A stretch of 64,000 nucleotides of DNA from Candidatus Poribacteria bacterium. Its GTDB lineage: Bacteria; Poribacteria; WGA-4E; PCPOR2b. Of this stretch, positions 58,431 through 64,000 are shown piece by piece. Location: assembly GCA_965208675.1 (NCBI GenBank), contig OZ242351.1:1248001-1312000 (forward strand), given 5' to 3'. Both the position numbers and the translations under genes were made by a program. How positions within the stretch are numbered: the first letter of the stretch is position 1; the number at the start of each line of letters is the position of its first letter. The notes below the pieces were generated by a model. The model had not been told where the DNA came from. It saw only the letters and a list, made by a program, of their open reading frames with translations, and made no database searches.

Positions 58431-60050
58431 GTGACTAAACTGCACATTCGACCGATGGTCATCATTATTCGCGACGGCTGGGGATGCAATCCCTATCCGG
58501 AATGGAACAAAGCAAACGCCGTTTATCTCGCCAAAACACCGGTCGAGAATCAGCTAATGAGGGAATATCCGCACACGTTGATACACACCTCAGGCGAACA
58601 TGTCGGCGTGCCGCCCGGCGTAATCGGAAATAGCGAGGTGGGTCACCTGAACATCGCCGCCGGGCGGGTCGTCAGTCAGGAAATTTTGCGAATCAACGAG
58701 ATGGTCCGCTCCGGCGAGTTCTCAAAAAACAAAACCTTGATCGCGGCAATGAACCGCGTCAAAAAACACGGTAGTTGCCTGCACCTCATAGGGCTGGCAA
58801 GCAACGCTAGTGTGCATAGCACAATCGAGCACCTTTTCGGGCTCCTCGCGTTAGCAAAAGAAACAGGCATTTCAGCTAATCGCGTGTTTGTTCACAACTT
58901 TGCCGATGGGCGAGACTGCCCCCCGACTAGCGGCATTGACTTCTGCAGACAGATCGAGGCAAAACTGAAGGAAATTGGCGTTGGACGAATTGCTTCGGTT
59001 GTTGGTAGATACTACGCCATGGATCGCGACGACCGCTGGGAACGTGTGGAACAGGCTTACCGCCTTCTGACTGAGAGCCGCGGACGTCGAGTCAGCACTG
59101 CGGTCGAAGCCTATCAACACTACTACGACCATCCAACTGAGACAAATCTAAGTGGGGATGAATTCATCGAACCGACAGTGGTTACAGACAATCACGGTCA
59201 GCCCCTGCCTAGTGTCTGTGATGGAGATGCCGTTATCTTTTACAACTTCCGCGGCGACAGGCCGCGTGAAATCTGTAAAGCGTTCTGCCTCTCGGAGTTC
59301 CCGTTTGAAGGCGTCGGAAAAGATGGCGTGGTTCGGAAAATGGGATTTGAACGTAAGAAGAAGCCGGAAATCGAGTTCGTTACAATGACCCAATACGAAG
59401 AAGGGCTCCCGGTTTCGGTGGCGCTGCCAAAACCGCCCAAGATGAAAAACATTCTGGGCGCGTACACGAGTAAACTTGGATTGGCGCAGTTTCGTTGCGC
59501 CGAAACAGAGAAATTCCCTCACGTCACATTGATGTTTAACGACTACCGTGACGAACCATTCGATCGGGAAGATCGGAAACTCATTCCATCGCCGCGGAAT
59601 GTCTCGACCTACGATCAAAAACCCGAAATGTCAGCGCCTGAAGTGACTGAAGAGGTGCTTCGCCGCATTGCGTCGGATAAATACGACTTAATCATTCTCA
59701 ACTATGCAAATGGCGATATGGTCGGTCATACAGGATCGCTGCCTGCCGCAATAAAAGCGGTGGAAACAGTAGACACATGCGTCGGCGAGGTGATTCGCGC
59801 GGTAATGGCGAAACGCGGTGCCTTAATCGTGACTGCCGATCACGGCAACTGCGAACAGATGGTCGATCCCGTCACCGGTGCACCCCATACCGCGCATACA
59901 ATGTACGATGTCGCCCTCAGCGTTGTCGATAATCGCTTTAAGGGACGCCCATTGAGGACTGGCGGTCGGCTTGCGGATATTGCTCCCACCGCTTTAAGAT
60001 TGCTCGGTTTGGATAAACCCGCTGAGATGACCGGGCAATCGCTTATCTGA
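58431..60050 (+). CDS. gpmI: 2,3-bisphosphoglycerate-independent phosphoglycerate mutase
   Basis: DGWG, GNSEVGH, GRYYAMDRD, NFRGDR, AETEK, DMVGHTG and TADHGN. Confidence 0.96.
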   Translation: MTKLHIRPMVIIIRDGWGCNPYPEWNKANAVYLAKTPVENQLMREYPHTLIHTSGEHVGVPPGVIGNSEVGHLNIAAGRVVSQEILRINEMVRSGEFSKNKTLIAAMNRVKKHGSCLHLIGLASNASVHSTIEHLFGLLALAKETGISANRVFVHNFADGRDCPPTSGIDFCRQIEAKLKEIGVGRIASVVGRYYAMDRDDRWERVEQAYRLLTESRGRRVSTAVEAYQHYYDHPTETNLSGDEFIEPTVVTDNHGQPLPSVCDGDAVIFYNFRGDRPREICKAFCLSEFPFEGVGKDGVVRKMGFERKKKPEIEFVTMTQYEEGLPVSVALPKPPKMKNILGAYTSKLGLAQFRCAETEKFPHVTLMFNDYRDEPFDREDRKLIPSPRNVSTYDQKPEMSAPEVTEEVLRRIASDKYDLIILNYANGDMVGHTGSLPAAIKAVETVDTCVGEVIRAVMAKRGALIVTADHGNCEQMVDPVTGAPHTAHTMYDVALSVVDNRFKGRPLRTGGRLADIAPTALRLLGLDKPAEMTGQSLI

Positions 60051-60107
60051 TGTTTCTTGCCGCCGTATATCACCCACCATTAATCCTTATGCCAATCAGT
60101 TCGCAGA

Positions 60108-61187
60108 GTGCGCAAAAACATGATGCACATCCCGCTTATCACAACCACCGGACGCACAGATTCAAACCCTGGAGACACCTTCATCGGCGTAGGGCTTCAA
60201 TATCTCTTCGAACAGGTGTTGGGTCCCCAAGTTTGGTTGCTGATTGACCGCTTTAACCCAACCGGCTTCCGGAAACACGAAGATTTGGTCCGCAAGTCAC
60301 CGTTTCTCGTCTATGGTGGAATGCCGCAATACAATAATTACGACGACTGGAAACACTGGTACGACGATGCCATGTGGCGCGATTTTATCGTTCGCTGGAG
60401 GCTGAAAATCTTTACTATGGCGGGAGGTGCCGGTTTTTCACACCCAAACATAAGCATCAGCGAATATGTCGCACACTGTATCCGGAGCAAAAAAACACAG
60501 CGAATTATTCGGCAGCGTGTCGGTCCAAGTCTATGCTTCACCGTGCGAGATGCGTATGCCCACGCCTTACTGAACGCCTTTAACATTCCCAATACTTACC
60601 TGCCGTGTCCGTCGATTTGGGCAGCCAAGATGTGGCAGATAGAACCGATGAAAGTCCGGCCGTACCTGCTGTTGGTGCCGCCAGCGCTTCGCCATGCCCC
60701 AAAGCGGGCTGATGGAAAACGCATCCATCGCCGTAAAAAGCGGCAACTGTTCGCATCGCAGTGGCGCAGCTTTTATACAGCGCTCAAAGAGAACGGTCAC
60801 AACGTAAAGGCAATCTGTCACGGCTATAACGAATATACCGCCCTACGTGATGCCATTCCCCCCGACGATCTCTGGTACCACGGTGATTGCTACACGCTGT
60901 TGCGGCAATACTCCTTCGCCCATACCGTTGTTTCTGCGCGGCTTCACGGCGGTCTCCCCGCTTTTGGTATTGACGGAACACGGGTATTGAATTTATCTGT
61001 AGATGTTCGCGGTACGGCTGTTCAGGTGCTTCCCAAAATTCAAAACCTCCAGGTCGGCAATGCCAGCCCCGATGCCGTTCTAACCGCAATCGCCAAACTT
61101 GAACCCTCGGAATCGGCGGATCTCCACTCTTGGGAAAAGAAGTATCAGGAAGTTATTCGGACCGCACTGCCGAACAAATTCGAGTAG
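60108..61187 (+). CDS. Polysaccharide pyruvyl transferase-like protein
   Basis: NPGD..I, TVRD, LPCP and VVSARLHG motifs. Confidence 0.7.
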   Translation: MRKNMMHIPLITTTGRTDSNPGDTFIGVGLQYLFEQVLGPQVWLLIDRFNPTGFRKHEDLVRKSPFLVYGGMPQYNNYDDWKHWYDDAMWRDFIVRWRLKIFTMAGGAGFSHPNISISEYVAHCIRSKKTQRIIRQRVGPSLCFTVRDAYAHALLNAFNIPNTYLPCPSIWAAKMWQIEPMKVRPYLLLVPPALRHAPKRADGKRIHRRKKRQLFASQWRSFYTALKENGHNVKAICHGYNEYTALRDAIPPDDLWYHGDCYTLLRQYSFAHTVVSARLHGGLPAFGIDGTRVLNLSVDVRGTAVQVLPKIQNLQVGNASPDAVLTAIAKLEPSESADLHSWEKKYQEVIRTALPNKFE

Positions 61188-61413
61188 CTAACATCTTCGA
61201 CCCGCCTCCCAATTATCCATGTTCCCTCGTGCGCTCTTTTTTTGATTACTTGACCAAATACCCACTTGATAACATGCGTATACTTATGATATAATTCCCA
61301 GTTATACTGGTATTATGCGCACAATAATAGGATTTTTCTAGAACGCTCGCCCTAAATTGGCATTTTCGAAAACGGATGAAGACAGTAATACCCATTCCTA
61401 AAGGAAAGATAAT

Positions 61414-62151
61414 ATGTTAAAAGACGCCCAAGACGCCTACGGGCACCTGATTTTGGATTATTATAACGGTCAGGAGACTATCGAAATTGTGGAGCGGGAT
61501 GACGGTTTCATCGGCGCCAGCCGGTTGGGCCCCTTGACCTATCTCGCTGAATTTGATGACTGGGCGGAACACCAACAAGTCGCAATGGCACATGTCACCG
61601 GACGCGTTTTAGATATCGGCTGCGGCGCGGGGCGGCACGCTATCTATCTTCAGGAGCGTGGATTTGATGTATTAGGCGTTGACAATTCACCTTTAGCCAT
61701 TCAAGTTTGCCGGCAACGCGGGCTAAAAAACGCTGTTGTGGCGCCAATTACCCGACTAAATTCCCAAATGGGCACCTTCGACACGCTCCTCATGATGGGA
61801 CACAATTTCGGCTTGGTCGGCAGTATTACACGGGCAAGATGGTTGTTGAAAAGGTTCCATAAAATGACTAGTTCAGCAGCAAAGATTATTGCTGACACAC
61901 AGAACGCATATCAATCAACAGTACCGTGCCATTTAGCCTACCACCAATTCAACCGGGACAGGGGGCGGATGGGAGGTCAACTCAGAATACGCGTAAGATA
62001 CAGGCAATACGCTACGCCGTGGTTCGATATCCTCTACGTTTCAAAACCAGAAATGGAGCAAATTCTACACGGAACCGGCTGGACGGTTGAACGCTACATT
62101 GATGCAACCGACTCAACCCCAACCTACATCGCTATCTTGGTAAAGTCCTAA
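61414..62151 (+). CDS. Class I SAM-dependent methyltransferase
   Basis: RVLDIGCGAGRH, GVD.S and FDT.LMMG.N.G; upstream TTGATA-18-TATAAT promoter at 61266-61295. Confidence 0.9.
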   Translation: MLKDAQDAYGHLILDYYNGQETIEIVERDDGFIGASRLGPLTYLAEFDDWAEHQQVAMAHVTGRVLDIGCGAGRHAIYLQERGFDVLGVDNSPLAIQVCRQRGLKNAVVAPITRLNSQMGTFDTLLMMGHNFGLVGSITRARWLLKRFHKMTSSAAKIIADTQNAYQSTVPCHLAYHQFNRDRGRMGGQLRIRVRYRQYATPWFDILYVSKPEMEQILHGTGWTVERYIDATDSTPTYIAILVKS

Positions 62152-62263
62152 ATGCGAGGACTCTCCAACCACATAGGAATTCCCAAATCCAATAGGTTCT
62201 TCATAATTGAATGTGGCAATGATTTTACTTAGGACTTGCGCAATGAAGCAGTAAGAAAAACCT

Positions 62264-62288
62264 GTAGGAGCGATCTCCGAATCGCGAC
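62264..62288 (+). repeat. GTAG-type REP-like palindrome
   Basis: GTAGGA-GCGAT-ctccga-ATCGC in an intergenic region. Confidence 0.4.
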
Positions 62289-62729
62289 CATTTCACTCGA
62301 AAATTACGTACTCATACAGATTACCTGAAATTATTTGCTCTGCTAAGTGTCGAGTTAATTCTGTTGTGCACAATTTTTGGTCACATGAACTATACCGAGC
62401 CAATTCTCGCAGGCCCCTCGGTATTTGGAAATGTCAAGCAGTTGAATCTAAATGCATGCATCGAAGCATCCAAAACTACATCCGGTATCATTGCAATTAG
62501 TTCAAACGCATAAGGCAAACCCCTGTTTCTGTAGCAAGTTTCATTACCAAACCTGACATTAAAGCCCCAATCTAAAGCACTTGTTGCAAAGTGCGCAAGT
62601 CATTTTTTCGCTAATCAATGAGAAAGAACCTATTAAAAAGACGTGTCGTTATTCGATCTGCCCGATGAGAGGCTGAATGATTGCGTTTATTGGGAAAATG
62701 AACTCATTTTTAACAGGAGGAAATTAACA

Positions 62730-63389
62730 TTGGTGAAGAAAATCTGTTGCGTGTTGTCAATCGTAGTCATGCAATTGGGTTGCGGAAGTACCCATCATTA
62801 TGTCGTAGTTTCTCGCGAGGTTCCGGAATCGCCAACATTCACGGTCGTACCTGCGAACTTTCAGATGAAAGAGGTCACATTCGCACATGATGTAGAAAGC
62901 GCCATCATTGCCGCGGGCGTTAAAGTAGCTCGGTATTCTCCTCCCGCCGCGACTGAAGTGACGAAAGAAGCGACACTCGGTGAAAACAAATCAGCCAAAT
63001 TTTTCGAAACTTACGACAACGAAGCGGAGGCCAGAGCGGCCGGCAAAAGCGGATCTGCGAGGGTTACAAAAACCTACTTTGAACTCGAAGGCGGCACTCG
63101 CGCCGATTATTACGTAGAAACCTACGCTTACCGGCGACAAATAAAGATCTCTAATGGCAAGGAGGTCTTAACTGTCTTCGATGCCAAGCCGCTTGGCGGT
63201 ATTGAGCGGGTTGCTATTGGCAATGTTACCGTGTCCACTAACGCGTGGCAATTAAAGATGCATGCAGTTTTGTCAAACATGGGTATTCCTGTAACATCCT
63301 TCGAATCATATGCACAAATTTATACAACGCGACCTGCCACCCGACCTGCCAGAAGAAAGCCTACTCGGTCGGACAGAATTAGGAGGTGA
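62730..63389 (+). CDS. Hypothetical lipoprotein
   Basis: RBS AGGAGG, TTG start at 62730, signal peptide with lipobox LGC, basic C-terminal tail. Confidence 0.6.
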   Translation: MVKKICCVLSIVVMQLGCGSTHHYVVVSREVPESPTFTVVPANFQMKEVTFAHDVESAIIAAGVKVARYSPPAATEVTKEATLGENKSAKFFETYDNEAEARAAGKSGSARVTKTYFELEGGTRADYYVETYAYRRQIKISNGKEVLTVFDAKPLGGIERVAIGNVTVSTNAWQLKMHAVLSNMGIPVTSFESYAQIYTTRPATRPARRKPTRSDRIRR

Positions 63390-64000
63390 CTCTTAGGACG
63401 ATGTTGTGCCGGTGCGAAGTAGCGATACTAAACCTCCCATCCTTTATGATTTTCTATTTCTGTCACACGTAGATTTCAGTTGGATGGAGATTGGGTGCTT
63501 ACTTACTACTGATTCAGGTGGTTCTTAAAGGTATAGGAACATCCGAGATTTGGATTTCTAAGGGCGAGGTTATGTCCAATAATGAGGCAATAGAATTGGG
63601 TGCACGCATGTTATTCTTCTCTGATGCTAGGAAGCTAGCGATGAGCTTATCAATCGTATCCTACGCATTTGAAGAAGTCCGTTTGCGCGGACTATAGATG
63701 TATCAGGATTACGCATAATATAGTTCTGCTAAAAATTTGCAATGCTACAGGTGGGCAACAAAGTATGGTTGGCAAAATAGACACATAATTTCCGTGTCCA
63801 ATTTAAGAAAAGAAACTCAACTATATTAAACAGCGAACAACCATTTTAGCGGGAGACGGTGTCTGTGAACATCGCGAGCAAATCTATGACTTTGGCCATG
63901 GCGTAAAACCGATCTTGGGGTTTATGCACAAACAATTGGCATTCAATTACAGGATTCTAAATGTAAATTGAGAACCTCGCAAGACAATCCATCCGGACAC

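Noticed and set aside
63400-64000. ORF 63491-63697 and other short frames at the window end
   Set aside because: AT-richer sequence with no recognisable protein motifs; cannot be supported as coding from this window alone.

Overview
Bacterial chromosomal window of roughly 50% GC, mostly housekeeping genes. It is probably from Candidatus Poribacteria or a related diderm lineage, inferred from secreted LamG-type proteins ending in a V-x-P-x-x-[KN]-L-x-T-x-W-G-x-[IL]-K motif. Contents in order: 3' end of an Omp85/BamA-type gene, UPF0182, pheA, a CPBP protease, queG, three tRNAs (Leu-TAA, fMet-CAT, Met-CAT), two ABC transporter sets, comM/yifB, rpsF-ssb-rpsR-rplI-dnaB, mlaEFD, radA-yacL-ispDF-cysS, dprA, accA, phoR-phoB convergent with pstSCAB-phoU (with a clear Pho box), a FadL-type porin, an intact GH127 gene and a GH127-like pseudogene, glnD-rtcA-thiI, a cyclophilin, a KamA radical SAM enzyme, gpmI and several lipoproteins. 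The top finding is absent from the ORF track: an 84-codon DUF5069-like gene at 4037-4291 with an in-frame TGA at the family's conserved Cys position (YPCP becomes YP-TGA-P), followed by a perfect SECIS-like hairpin. It is a candidate new selenoprotein. Other notable items are a trans-envelope MlaD with a C-terminal beta-barrel-like domain, a shared C-terminal putative sorting motif, an S6:S18-type leader RNA, and dispersed GTAG REP-like palindromes. No CRISPR array, rRNA or intact mobile element was seen. All family calls come from motif recognition by eye, not database searches.
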